From Lama glama (taxonomy: Eukaryota): a DNA stretch of 64,000 nt. Below, in pieces: positions 25,947 to 38,240 of this stretch (the stretch's first letter is position 1; each line of letters begins with the position of its first letter). A model generated the notes under the pieces. It made no database searches. It was not told the origin of the DNA and saw only the letters and a list, made by a program, of their open reading frames with translations. The stretch is from contig CM052817.1 of the NCBI GenBank assembly GCA_028534125.1, forward strand, positions 99,884,001 through 99,948,000, written 5' to 3'. The position numbers were made by a program, and so were the translations under genes.

Positions 25947-26051
25947 ATGATGTCATCGGTTGCGACAGAAGGCAAACTCCAGCAGGCTGTGAGCCTGCAG
26001 GGAGTTGACCCAGAAACGTGCATGATTGTATTTAAAAACCACTGGACGCAG
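25947..26051 (+). CDS. FHIP1A: FHIP1A (FAM160A1) first coding exon, coding part (aa 1-35)
   Basis: Translates MMSSVATEGKLQQAVSLQGVDPETCMIVFKNHWTQ, which I recognise as the FAM160A1/FHIP1A N-terminus. It ends CAG|GTAAAG (donor 26052, phase 0) and splices in frame to VVKILEKHD at 36443. Confidence 0.96.
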
Positions 26052-26419
26052 GTAAAGTATGAGTTCCACCTTCTCTGCTGGTTAGGGAGCCCTCGGGGTC
26101 TCTGTTGCACTGAACCCGGGTTCCCCACCTGCGTGACAGGTAACTCGGCTTCTGGAAATATAGGAAGGAAAACCCTTTCAGGTAGGAAGAAAAGCACATT
26201 TCTTTACTTGCTTTCCTAGAATAGGTAGTTGCTTAAAACCCTTGGTTTTCACAAGAGCAATTAGGGAACATGCAAGTTCCTCAGATATTTTTAGCAGAAT
26301 AGCAGTTAGCTGTCAAGTGCCTTGTAAACTCACTTTGCAATATACTTGATCATGATCACATCCTCTCTTTCCTTTCTCCCTGCTGATTTCCATTCAGTCC
26401 CTGGACTCTAACAATACTA

Positions 26420-26670
26420 AAATACATATTTATTAAATGTTTACCATGTGTTTTGCTGAATACTTCAAATGCCTTATATCATTTAACCTTCTCCCCAAAC
26501 CCACAAGGCAGTTACTTTTAGCTTCCTGATTGTACAGACGAGGAAGTGGAGAATTGTAGAGGTTAAATAACTTGCCTGAGATTATACAACTGGTGAGCTT
26601 CTAATCAAGTACGTAGACCTTGGTCCTGTGACTTCAAGACCAGTGTATTTGACCTCTGTGCTCTACCATT
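26420..26670 (-). mobile_element. MIR SINE
   Basis: tacagacgaggaagtggaga...agaggttaaataacttgcctgagattatacaactggtgag is a reverse MIR core. Confidence 0.7.
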
Positions 26671-27619
26671 TTCCGGGCTGGTGGTCCCTTTGTGTAATTT
26701 AAGGAAAGAAGATGCCTGAAAGGATCTGAATTCATTACAAAGCTGATTATAAAAGCTTTTTTTTTTTTTTGGTTATTCATTTTGACTTCTCTATGACTCT
26801 TCTCTGATCTGTTTGTATAGATAATTAAGGGTAGAATGTTCAGGAAATTTACCAGCTCACCCCTTTCCTCAGGGAGTTTACAAGCAGTAAAATAAATAAA
26901 ATTGAGATTCTTTACTACTTGTCCAACATTACACTCCCCAGGTGAGCTGGTAAGTGGCTATTTATGTGACAGTTTTTTAATGGCTACCCAGTGCCTTCCT
27001 GTGGCCGGAAACAGCACATGGGTTAAAGCACTGAGCCTGTAAGTCACAGCAATTATAGGGGACACAGTTTAGATCAAAAACAAAATCAGTTCTCTCTTTG
27101 GGTCATTTATACTTTGCAGCTTCTTGTCATTATCCAGTGTAAAGATTCTAAGATTTTTTTATGCATTTCCCACTTTCTGATTTTTTTACTGTTGTAATCA
27201 TAATGAGTTTGCTCTGGATATTGAGAACACATCTGCTTTAGCAAAAGGAAGAAAGTAATTCAGGAGTTTTCCAGATAATTAGAGTAATTACCTTCGGCTT
27301 CACACTTTAGCTGATGCATGGCCCCCTCCATTTAATGCAGAGGAATATTGAGTTGAGGATAAGGATGTTTGTCAGAGGAAATGGGGTTTAGTTATTAAAC
27401 ACTTCCTCTTTAAAGTGGGTACCCTCTTGGTCTTACTGTTGTCTCAGCCATTTCTTTGGCCAAGTTTCTTACCTCTTTAGTCTTGACTTTTCCTTTTAGA
27501 TAAATCTAGAAAATGCCCCTAGTCTCTCTCAATTTCCAAAGGCTCTTGAGGGCTTTTCTGTTTACCTTTGTGAATAAAAATACTGATTGAAGAAATTCAT
27601 GTGGATGTCATAGTGATTA

Positions 27620-27928
27620 CAGTCATCCCTTGATATCCGTGGGAGATTGGTTCCAGGACACCAGCAGATACCAAAATCTGAAGATGCTCAAGTCCCTTAT
27701 GTAAAATTATATTTGCATATAACCTACACACATCCACACATCCTCCAGATCATCTTTAGATTACTTATAATACCTAATACAGTGTAAATGCTTTGTAAAT
27801 AGTTGTCAGTGTGCAACAAATTCAAGTTACACTTTTTGGAAACTTTCTGGAATTTTTTCCTGAATATTTTCGATCCGAGATTGGTTGAATTTGCAGATGC
27901 AGAATGCAAGGATACAGAGGGCTGACTG
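27620..27928 (+). mobile_element. MER2-like TcMar-Tigger non-autonomous DNA transposon
   Basis: TIRs cagtcatcccttgatatcc ... ggatacagagggctgactg with a 5' TA. Internal ttggttccaggac...gataccaaaatc...gatgctcaagtccctt is typical of MER2. Confidence 0.85.
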
Positions 27929-29149
27929 AATTGTTGAATGGAGATTTACTGAGCCCAAACTTCAGCGACATCATTGTGGGCATCACGTGTAGGACATAGA
28001 AATGTATAAGCCTTGGCCTGGGCTTTTAAGGAATGTATAAGCTAATTTGGAAGACAGTGTGAAATACATTGTTATAAAATGAGTAATACTGATTATGGGA
28101 ATTAAGTCAAGGAAAGGGACTATTATGGATGGAGAATGGCCTGTGAAATGGAGGAAGTGAGATTTTGTCAGCTTGCCTGTGGGAAAAGAAGGGTTTGATG
28201 AGAAAGGAAAAGAATGTCTTAGAGAAGGGCTATTGGGAACGAATGCTCAGCTTTGGCTTTTTTGGGTGGTAAAAAAAAAAAGGTGAAGTCAGGGCAGGGC
28301 AGAGATATGGGACTGAGTATGAGACCTTCAGTTGAAGGGAATACATGTTACCTATTCACTGTTTTGGGGGCTTCATATAGTAGCATTTTGCTGTGAGTTT
28401 ATTCAGACCAGGAGCCAGTGGAGAGCAGTTGCTGAGGACTGGGAAATGAGCGAAAATCTGACATAAACTCCTGTGGCTAGTCTGACTGTAGCCCCTGGGT
28501 TCCCCTGAGGCAGCCCAAGAAAACCTGTAAGGCTGGTAAAAAAAAAGGTGGCATAGACAGAATTGGGTATTTCCATTGGCTGGCAAGCATGATGCTGTTT
28601 CAAATGCTGAGTTAGGGAAAAGAAGGCAACAAACGTCAGTGGTATCCAGAGTTCTGTTTGTTAGGATACTTCAGTACAAATTTCAGCATAATTAACATGT
28701 TTGACAGGTTCCGTTCTACTGTTTACTAGTGGCTTCTGTTCCAGACCTTGAGTGGAAGTCAGGGTATCCACTTGTCCACCCACACTTTGCAGTCAGTCAG
28801 GGACACCTAGTTATACAACCAACCATCATCCAAGGCGGTTCACGGTTCAGGGGGGTCACTGGGGAGAGACGTTGAGTGGCCCAATGGTGCACTTGAGTTT
28901 CCAGACTGGTCCCTGAGTCCAGGGCTCTCATGACATCCTCAGAATAGTTCTATTGTGGACATCCAGGAAGAGTTGCCTTCCTAATAGTGATACTGGAGAA
29001 TCCAGGCTGTTGGAAGTAGCCTCTGGCCCATGCTTCCTCTCATCTTCTGAGATGCCATCTTGTGCCAGAGCAGTGAACCTACATCCCGGATCTGCCTGGG
29101 GCGTTCCGGTGTTTGGACATTTCAGTGGCATCTGGCCACCTACAGGCCA

Positions 29150-29600
29150 AGTTGGCTTGTATGTCCTGGCCTTTTTCACTCCTCATTTAATCTCCAGAAA
29201 TGCAAAATTACTTGGAGTTCCTGGCCACCCCCTCTCCCGGCCACACCTGTCATGCAATTAAATGCCTCTCTGCCTCAGGCACTTCATCTTCTTTCGGCCT
29301 GGACTATCCCTCCGCCTGGCTAATGGCTCTCCTGCCACAGGACTCATCTGTGGCATTATTTCCTCCAAGAAACCTTCTCTGCCCCCTTTTATACCACAAC
29401 TCTGGGCTCCAGTAGCATCTTGTGTGTCCTTTCACTGTTACAACAGCCACCTTTTGTTAAAATTACATGTATGGGTATCTTCCTCCCAGTCTCATTACAA
29501 GCTCCTCACGATCAGAGACCATTTACCTGTAGGTCACCAAATCTCCAGTACCAAGAGTATTGTAGGCATATTGTAGACGTTCAAGAAATTGTCGAACTGA
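29150..29600. mobile_element. Probable L2 relic
   Basis: Pyrimidine-rich tract ending in agctcctcacgatcagagacc...gtaggcatattgtagacgttcaagaaattg, resembling the L2 3' end. Confidence 0.5.
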
Positions 29601-31773
29601 AAGGCAGGAAATGTGACGTATCACTTTAGAAAAGGTAAGAGCCTAGGAAAACAGAATTGAACATACGCTAATATTAAAACGTTCTATAATTTGCTACCAG
29701 TAAGATCTTTAGACTTGCATTTAATGATCAGTGGTCTGGAGAAGAGAGACAGAGTATGTGTGTTTAATTTTTATAGCAGTCTGTAAGAACAGTTTGTCGT
29801 CTAGTGGACTGTTTTTATTTCTTGCCTTTGCTTCTTCTGAATGAAAGAGAGAGCAAGAAATACGAAGCATTGGTCCAGCAGATAATGAACTATCCAACTA
29901 TATTACCATGTCAGTTACACCCCCATCCGCCCCGCCACACACACACTAGTTATTCTTAATGACACGTTCGTACTTTGTGGTGCTTCTTGGCCCTTGCTCT
30001 GTCCAGTCTCTATTCTCTCCTTTCATGTATTGAATCAATATTAGTTATATACTAAATGATGTCTGCTCTTAAAGCCAGGAGAACAAAGGTAAAAAAAAAA
30101 TCAAATGGACATGCACATCTCTGTATACTTCTTAATAGTGCAAACTTCTTACCACCCTCAGCCTCCAAAAAATAGGCTGTTATACAATTTTTTAAGCTAA
30201 GAACATTTCAGAGCTCAGATAATGTAATGGTGATGGATAAAGAAATGCTAGTGGATTTAGTAGCCTTTTTCTTCTTGGAGGAGACAGGGATGGGAAAAAG
30301 ATGGAATCGTCTAGATTAATTAATTCAGTCAGATGTCTTCCCATAAATAGTGAAAAGCAGATGATATGTTTTAAGTGTGGTAACTTGTATAGAGCTCCGA
30401 GTAGCCAAGCTCCATTAAAGAAGCCTAGAGCTCTTATACAGGGATTTGAGATTATCATTCTAACCTGTTTCCTGTGAAACTCATTCTTTTGCTCTGTCCA
30501 GGTTCACTCTTTTGGTCTGTGCCTTGTCATAGACTAAATGACAGAGAGAAATTACGTGAAGTCTCTGAGAGATGAAAGCTTGGAAAGTAGTAGAGAACTC
30601 TGATTAATCTTCTCAATATCTTAATAAAGTGATGTTAATAGTGTGACATTTAAAAAATTTGTCACTCTTCTCAACTTTCCAGGTAGCTCCCAACTTGACG
30701 GTAGAAAGAAAAGCAGAATGAGAGCTGTGCTCCTTTAGAGGACCAGGGCGTCAGCTTGTGCCTCTGTTAAGACTCTCAAGTGGTCGGACGTGTTGAAACG
30801 TCAGCAACTCTCCCACCACAGGCTCGGTGATGAGTCTGTTTTTGCTGTGGTTGGAATTACTGTGTTCTCTGGAATATTATTACATAGATCATTACTCTTA
30901 AATCTTTTCTCTAATACTTAAATAAAAAAATATATATATATACACACACACACAAACCTAAATTAAGGGTTAGTTTACTGTGCTATTTTATTGACTGATG
31001 CTCCCACCGTGCTTCTGTATTCCAGTAATTACTAGACTACTTTGGTCCCAAGGAGATAAGGCTTGTAGGTAGAGCTTCCGTGTTATTCTAATTCCAGATT
31101 TAGATACATCTCTGGAGGTCAGGACTGGAGTTGACATTAACCAGCTTGTGCAAGTACACATATGTTATAAGGCTGTTATCTTAATGTAAAAAGAAATGAC
31201 TCCATAAAGGTCTGCCATGGGAATAGGTGTGTAAGAAATACCCGAAATTGAAAGACACATTAAGTAACAAGGAGTGGTTGGAAACTTACTTTTGTTGTAG
31301 TTCATTTGGTACATTAAGTGGAATTTGGCTTAGGATCACTAAATCTTGTCCTCCTTCTGTGTGATGGAAAACGTTGCTTAGTAACTTGGGTTTTTCCACC
31401 CTGCCACTAAAAATCAGCATTCCAAAGGATTTGAAAGTTCTGGGCTGCACTCATGCAACTTTCTTGAAATAACGAGGCTCTAACCGAAGAAGCGCAAATA
31501 GTCATCTGTTGATAACTGCCTATAGATAAGACATAGAACAATATTAGGATAGAGTCGAAGCTAATCTCCTGACAGACAAGCATGTGTGTTTATCGTGAAG
31601 AATGATTATTTGTTAGCTTGAGGTGTGATTACGTGGTTTATGTATACCTTTCATTCTGAAAGCATTTGAGCTTCCTATTTACAATTTGTGAATATTTGAA
31701 ATTCAGGCCCATTATCCCTGACTGATGGGGGTTGTTGTTAGAGCAGAAGCGAGGAGTAACTGATACTTCTTAA

Positions 31774-31856
31774 CACGTTGATCACCACGTCACCCAAATC
31801 TGGGGTGACAGTTGTGTTTCTTCAGGGACACCCAATTCACAGTGGCGATCAACGTG
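31774..31856. mobile_element. 83-bp piggyBac-like MITE flanked by TTAA
   Basis: TTAA at 31770-31773 and 31857-31860. 15-bp TIRs CACGTTGATCACCAC / GTGGCGATCAACGTG with one mismatch. Internal palindrome gtcaccc...gggtgac. Confidence 0.75.
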
Positions 31857-33144
31857 TTAATGAAAGAAATATGTTCTTTGTTTATCTCACTGAACTCCAA
31901 TAATCCTCATATTTATAGGTCAGAAGACTTTGAACTTAGGTCAAAATTTAGCTCTATTGGTCAGATAATCTGCACACCATTGTTCACTCTGTTGATTCTT
32001 CATGTATTTGTTTCTTTTTAGAACTGCAGACTGTGATCCGGGCTCATGATCTATATGTGTGTTTGTGTGTGTGTGTACAGATATACATGGATCAGCTTGT
32101 ATATGTTAAAGTTTATAGATCAGCAAATGCCCAGCTCTGATCTACAAAATGTTTACCATGCTGTTTCTGATTTCAGCTGGTTTACATGCTTAATAAGCAT
32201 GGGCTTTTTTCATCAGGGGCCAATCAGTTTATTTAATGTTATTTAGCCTAACGAAGTGAACTTGTTTAATAAAGGAAATATTTGCAAAGTGTATTTTCCT
32301 GCTTGGGTCCCTCCAGCCCCCATAATCTAATTTTTTCCCCTGAACTGAGTCCCTGAGACTGACATTATGTAGCTGAGAAGCAGCGGGGCCTGGGGAATCA
32401 GAAGCAGGGCTGAGAATGTAAGATACAGGATGGTCATAGGGGTGAGCCGGGCCCAGGGAAGCCACCGTGATCAGCATGAGCTCCTGGATCGATAGCAGAT
32501 AAAGAGGTCAAACCAGGCAGCCAGCAGAAGTCAGGGGCCGGGAATGTTGGAGTTTGGTGGGAGTGATGTGAGCAGAGGGCACGGAAGGAAATAATAAGGA
32601 AAAGTCGAGGTCACATCAGGAATCATCTGCGGAAACTGAAAGGACCAAGACACCATCCGGGCAGCCCACTTGGGACATCAGAACAGAAGTTTCAGTGCAA
32701 GCTGTGCTCTAGCCAAGAAGCTTCTCAGGCATTCCCTGTCAGGATGGGAACCAGGCCCAGGGCGTGGGCCCCCAGAACCCACTTGTAAAAGCAGGTCGTG
32801 GACGTGTCTGCCTGGAAGGGAAAGGGAGGTGGCCTGGGAGGGTGCTGACACTTAAGGAGGGAGGTGAAGGACAAGTGGCAACACAGTGCATAATCAGCCC
32901 TTTGCTGATGTGGATTCCATGACTCACCGGCCTTGGTTGTAACACACCCATCTTCCAGGCAGTAAAACCGCCCAGCCAGGGCTGGGAATGAGCAAAGGGC
33001 TCCATTCCAGATGATCAGCAAACCTTACATCTCCGTGGGTTATTATAGCTCTGTTCTCGGGTTTCTCCATGCATTAACCCAGAAGGCAGTGTAGAGGAGC
33101 TGCTGCTATAAAGGGGTAGAGAGATGCTTCAGTTTAAAAGCTGC

Positions 33145-33463
33145 CAAACGAACTTATCTACAAAACAGAAACAGACTCACAGACACAGAGAACAAACTTA
33201 TGGTTACCAGGGGGTAAAGGGGATGGGAAAGATAAATAGGGAATTCAAAAATTGCACCTCTTGGGGAGTGATGGAAATGTAAGCTATCTTGATTGTGGTG
33301 GTGGTTTCATTTGTGTATTATGCATCTATCAAAATTCATCAAGTTGTACATCTGAAATACGTGTAACTTACTATACGGGAACCATACCACAATAAAAGTG
33401 TTTAAAATAAAATAAAATAAAATAAAATAAAATAAAATAAAATAAAATAAAATAAAATAAAAT
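33145..33463 (+). mobile_element. Chimeric L1 3' end: young L1 3'UTR segment joined to an old-L1-like terminus, with an (AAAAT)n tail
   Basis: 33145-33256 aligns by eye to 3410-3522 of the first L1, then switches to ggggagtgatggaaatgtaagctatcttgattgtggtggtggtttc. AATAAA at 33391 and (AAAAT)n at 33404-33463. Confidence 0.75.
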
Positions 33464-35389
33464 CTACTAAATAGCTTGCAATAGCTTGAGATAAAAATCT
33501 CAGCTTTCTTTTTTAGGTTTCTCACAGCTCCCCCAAGAGTAGGTCTGTCTGCCAAAGAATGCATTGGAATAAATAATATAAATGAAGATTAATTCAATGA
33601 GAAAAATGTAACTAGTGATCATGTAAATAGTTTTGCTCTTTCTTACATATATACACTTAGATAAGTAATAATATTTACATGTATGCATATAGTAAACACA
33701 ATATGCAATGTAAAATTTATATTGCTTAGGAATTTCTGAGAATTATTCATTGTTTTTAACTCAGTGTTTTGGTCCTTTTTTAAGACAGTAGTACAAATTA
33801 CTTTGGTTTTACTTTTATTTATATTATGAAATTAGAACAATTTATAGGGAAGAAGAACTAATTAGCCTTAAGATCTCATTTATATCTTTTCATACTCACT
33901 TCTAGTCATTCATCTGTTTGTCAGTATGTTTAGTTTTTAAGTTAAATTATTTCATGTATATATTGGCATGCAGTATGATTCACTTAGTGTTTATTTTTAA
34001 TAGTTTTAGTGTATGGTGAACATTATGTGGTGTATAACAGTGATTATAATTCTCTTATTCTTGACCATTTGGGTTAATAATATTTTTATTTTTCATTATT
34101 GAAAATATCATTGGTGTGAACAGTTTTAAACAAATTATTTCGAAGTTGTTTCCTTGGGGCATTTTCGAGTGAGTGTAACAAGTCAAAGGGCAGGAACAGT
34201 ATTATAGCTTTTGTTACGTATTGCCAGATTGTTTTCCGGAAAGACTGAGCTAATTTGCCAAGCCACTATCAGCGTATAATACACAATCCCAATTTTAGGC
34301 AGTTTAGACAGTGTGAGCACACATGAGAAATATAATTACATTTCTGCCCCGAGGCTTAGTTGTATGGATAGCTCTCAAAAGTAAACTCAATACATGGACT
34401 TTGACATTATAGAACTGATAAAGTGTATAGTTAATTTGTTCTTCAGAACGTGGGGCCTTGAAGTTAGGGCTTTGGGGCTGGAGAGCGTGCTGTGCTGAGG
34501 TGGAGCCCCCTTTTGGACAAGTGTGGTACTGAGCTCCCTCAAGGCCAGAGCAAAGGGAAGGGAGGACAGCAGTTCCCAGCATTTCTGCCACTGAGGTCAT
34601 CAGGCCTGCAGGGAGTCTTGGAGGGTGGGGGAGAGTCGGGGGACTCTGGAGTCCGACTGCAGTGAAGGAGGGGGATGGCCAGTGGGTAGACCCCGGCCCT
34701 TGGTCATTGAGTCATGTACCTCCTGGGTATCTGCTAACAAAGCCCCTCCTGGTTGAAAATGTCAACTCAAGGGTGTTGGGGTGAGTTTTTTCTGATGGTA
34801 TTTTAAATTTTATAATGGAAATCGATGGAGTTTAGAGATTCTGTGGAAACCTGTTTTTTCATAAGGATATATTAGCCTAGTCTATAAAAGTTCCTTTGCC
34901 CTGCTTCTGACAGAGGAAGAACTTGGACTTTTCCCTGAGAAATATATTTCCCTCATTGCTCGTGCACGCTGACATAGCGTGGTCCCTTTGCCAGCCTCTG
35001 CAGTGACTTGCAAAAATTCTATAACCCAAATACCAGAATGCGTAACAGCATGTCCTAGAACTGGGCTGGGAGGGGACTGCAGAAGTTAAACATATTCCAT
35101 ACAGCATGCAGTTCAGACAGGCAAAAAGGAACAAGTTAAAGTCGTTGATGGAATGTTTGATTGTCTAAAAATTAATGTGGGTATACATTTTAAAGGAAGT
35201 AAATTGAATGGATATTATCATAGAAATTCCAAGTCATAAAGTTAAATGGAGGTTGAGAGATAGAATTGTTTTAATTTTTAGGTCCCAAAGTAGAAATTCA
35301 GTCTTGATGGGCAGAGGAGGTAGGAAGCATTCAAAATGCCAGTGGTGGTAAGGGAGAGACACACTGGGGCTGTTATGTGACCTAATTAG

Positions 35390-35391
35390 GG

Positions 35392-35426
<35 letters not shown>

Positions 35427-35612
35427 TATTTATTTATTTATTTATACTGTTAATTGAATTTTTTCTTTTTTGGTGGTAAGATGCATATAACAAAGTTTGC
35501 CATCTCAGTCATTTATAAGTATATAATTCAATGGCATTAACTTAAATTCACAATATTATGTAACCTTTGCTCCTATTTCCAAAACTTTTTCATCATCCCA
35601 AACAGAAACCCC
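35390..35612 (-). mobile_element. L1 (L1MA/MB-like) 3' end with a (TTTC)n(TTTA)n tail
   Basis: tggtaagatgcatataacaaagtttgccatc...aagtatataattcaatggcattaac...catcatcccaaacagaaacc. Confidence 0.7.
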
Positions 35613-36442
35613 GTGCTTTAGGGATTTATTTTGTAATTGGTTATCTCAGATTTTTTTCCCCTCCTGGTTTAAAGGAATGCACAGTTCAGATTCTTCATTT
35701 TTAGAATTTCCACATATGCTGTACGTTGTTCTGCTAGATATGTGTTGTGTTTGTCAGTTTCCTTTCATCCTTCCTGACGATGCTTGGTTGAAGAGGCTGC
35801 CAATCCAAGCAGAGGAGGGAGGGTTATTGTTCTGTTGAGGGCATGTGTTCTATTGCTGAAATCTCCAAATCAGCTCTATTTGTAGGAGGACTCCAGTAGT
35901 CTTACTTATGCAATGTATTTGAAAATTAAAGAGCACTATTATATTCTTGACAGTTTAGAAGAGAATTTAAGAACTTGTCATTACTTTGAACACAAAGACG
36001 GTGACTATTTTTCCATGTTTCTTTTCAGTCTTTTTTCAGTTGCATGATTTTGGCATAGTTGATAATAATGGGTCTGACTTGATACAAGTGACTTCTTTTT
36101 TTATCTAACATATCACTTACAGTTTTTTATTTTGCTCAGTAGTCTTCATAATAATGAGCCCAGGAATGCATGTAGCCTGATTTACATAACCACACTACTT
36201 TATTTGACATTTAGGTTGCCAGCGTTTGTAACTATTGTAAATGAACATCTTCAGACATCATCTTTCTGTGGTTTAACCCCTTCATTTTATTCTCATGAGA
36301 GAAACACAATGCTCACATACATCTTGTTGGGGGCTGTGGCTCTCGCATTTATTTCCATGAAGACTTGGTACAGTTAGTGGTGGTGTGTTTTTGTAGTGAC
36401 AATAAGTGTCAGATGGATGACAAATGCTTGGTTTGGTTACAG

Positions 36443-37069
36443 GTTGTGAAAATTTTAGAGAAACACGACCCCTTGAAGAACACCCAGGCAAAATATGGGT
36501 CCATCCCTCCAGATGAGGCCAGTGCTGTGCAGAATTATGTAGAACACATGCTCTTCTTGCTGATTGAAGAGCAAGCCAAGGATGCTGCCATGGGGCCAAT
36601 CCTGGAACTTGTGGTCTCTGAGAACATTATGGAAAAACTCTTCCTCTGGAGCTTGAGGCGGGAGTTTACGGATGAGACGAAGATGGAGCAGCTGAAGATG
36701 TATGAGATGTTGGTCACCCAGGCGCACCAGCCTCTGCTGCGCCACAAGCCCATTCTGAGGCCCCTGATGATGCTGCTGAGCTCTTGTTCCGGAACAACCA
36801 CCCCCACTGTGGAGGGGAAGCTGGTCGTCCTGCTCAACCAGCTCTGTTCTATTCTTGCCAAAGATCCATCCATTCTGGAGCTCTTCTTCCACACTAGTGA
36901 GGACCAGGGGGCAGCCAACTTCCTCATCTTCTCCCTTCTAATCCCCTTTATTCACCGGGAGGGGGCAGTGGGCCAGCAGGCCCGGGATGCTTTGCTCTTC
37001 ATCATGTCTCTCTCTGCTGAGAACAGCATGGTGGCCCGTCACATTGTGGACAACACCTACTTTTGTCCG
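36443..37069 (+). CDS. FHIP1A: FHIP1A coding exon 2 (627 nt, aa 36-244)
   Basis: ttggttacag|GTT acceptor and CCG|GTAAGT donor. Encodes VVKILEKHDPLKNTQAKYGSIPPDEASAVQNYVEHMLFLLIEEQ...ARDALLFIMSLSAENSMVARHIVDNTYFCP, the conserved FAM160/FHIP N-terminal region. Confidence 0.97.
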
Positions 37070-38019
37070 GTAAGTCCTTCTTGTTGGCTTGTTTCCCACT
37101 CTCTCTCCGGCTAATGATAAAAACTTTTTTTTAATTCCTTTTTTTTGCAGCAAGCTGTCCTGGGCACCTTCTATGAAAAAATGGTTAGAGGAAATCTTTC
37201 GGAGGGAGCGGAGGAGTCTAAGTTGAGATGCTGTTTGGCTGAGCAGTGTCAGCTCAGAAGAAGCCAACAGAGGGAACTACATGGCTTACCATTTCTGAGT
37301 TCATTCCTGTTAGGTTAGGACCTGTTTTAGTTTTTCTCTAAGAGCATATCCTGAACGATGGGTAAAACCTGCACTTTTGATATTCTTAGCTTTTCAGGTT
37401 AATTTTGTGTCAATACGTCGTGGTATATGGTGAGACCCTTCACAGCTGGTTTCTCAAATTAATTTGTTTCCCAGCAAGATAATGGTCATAATTTCAGATT
37501 CAAAGCACTGATTTTATTTTAAGAAGTAAATACATGTTTACAGTTTGAGGTAGAAAGAAATACTCTACTCTGTATAGTTTCTTCATCGTTGGTTTGGTGA
37601 GAAATAAAGCGTCAGGTCTTTTGCAAATGCTGGAGTGGCCAGGCCCAGACATAGTTCTAGAAGAGAGTGGAAGCTCTCTGAGACTCTTAAGGTGCCACAG
37701 GGCTCTGATTATTTTCTGGTGTTAGTGTCGTCTTTGGAAGGGGGATTTAAATGACAGGTTATAGATTTATATCTTTTTCTGGTTTGTCGGATGTTGGGCC
37801 ACAGCTATTTTAATTTTTCACAACTCAGTGAACATTTCCAGTTTGTTTCCATTGTCTGTTCTTTTTATCAATCATCGCATTATGTTTCCTTATAAACCAT
37901 ATTTCCTTAAATATGCCTGACTCTGTTGAAATAGTGTGTAAGACCATGAGTGAGTTTTGTTGGAACAGGCTAGGCAAGTTGCCATAAGTAGATTAGATTT
38001 CTTGTTAATTAACACTATG

Positions 38020-38240
38020 TGGGTAGTTCTTGACCTGGGGCAAGGGCATTTCAAGGGCATTTTGAAATATCTGTGGTGTGTGTTTGGTTGTCAAGGGACA
38101 TGGGGTGGCCTGGGAGGGAGGTCAGCTGGCATTTAGTGTGCAGGGACCAGGGGTGTTTAATGGCCAGTAGTTTGAGCGCACACAGTAAGGAACTGACCTG
38201 CCCCAAATGCTAATAGCAATCCTAGTGAGTAACGTACTGT
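38020..38240. mobile_element. MER20-like hAT-Charlie element
   Basis: gtagttcttgacctgggg...tttggttgtca...ctggcatttagtg...ccccaaatgctaatagc resembles the MER20 group. Confidence 0.6.

Noticed and set aside
36455..36927. Antisense ORFs of 145 and 130 aa
   Set aside because: Shadows of the FHIP1A coding exon on the opposite strand, with no independent support.
36365..37114. 249-aa ORF as a stand-alone single-exon gene
   Set aside because: Recognisable protein is limited to 36443-37069 between canonical splice sites; the flanks are intronic read-through.
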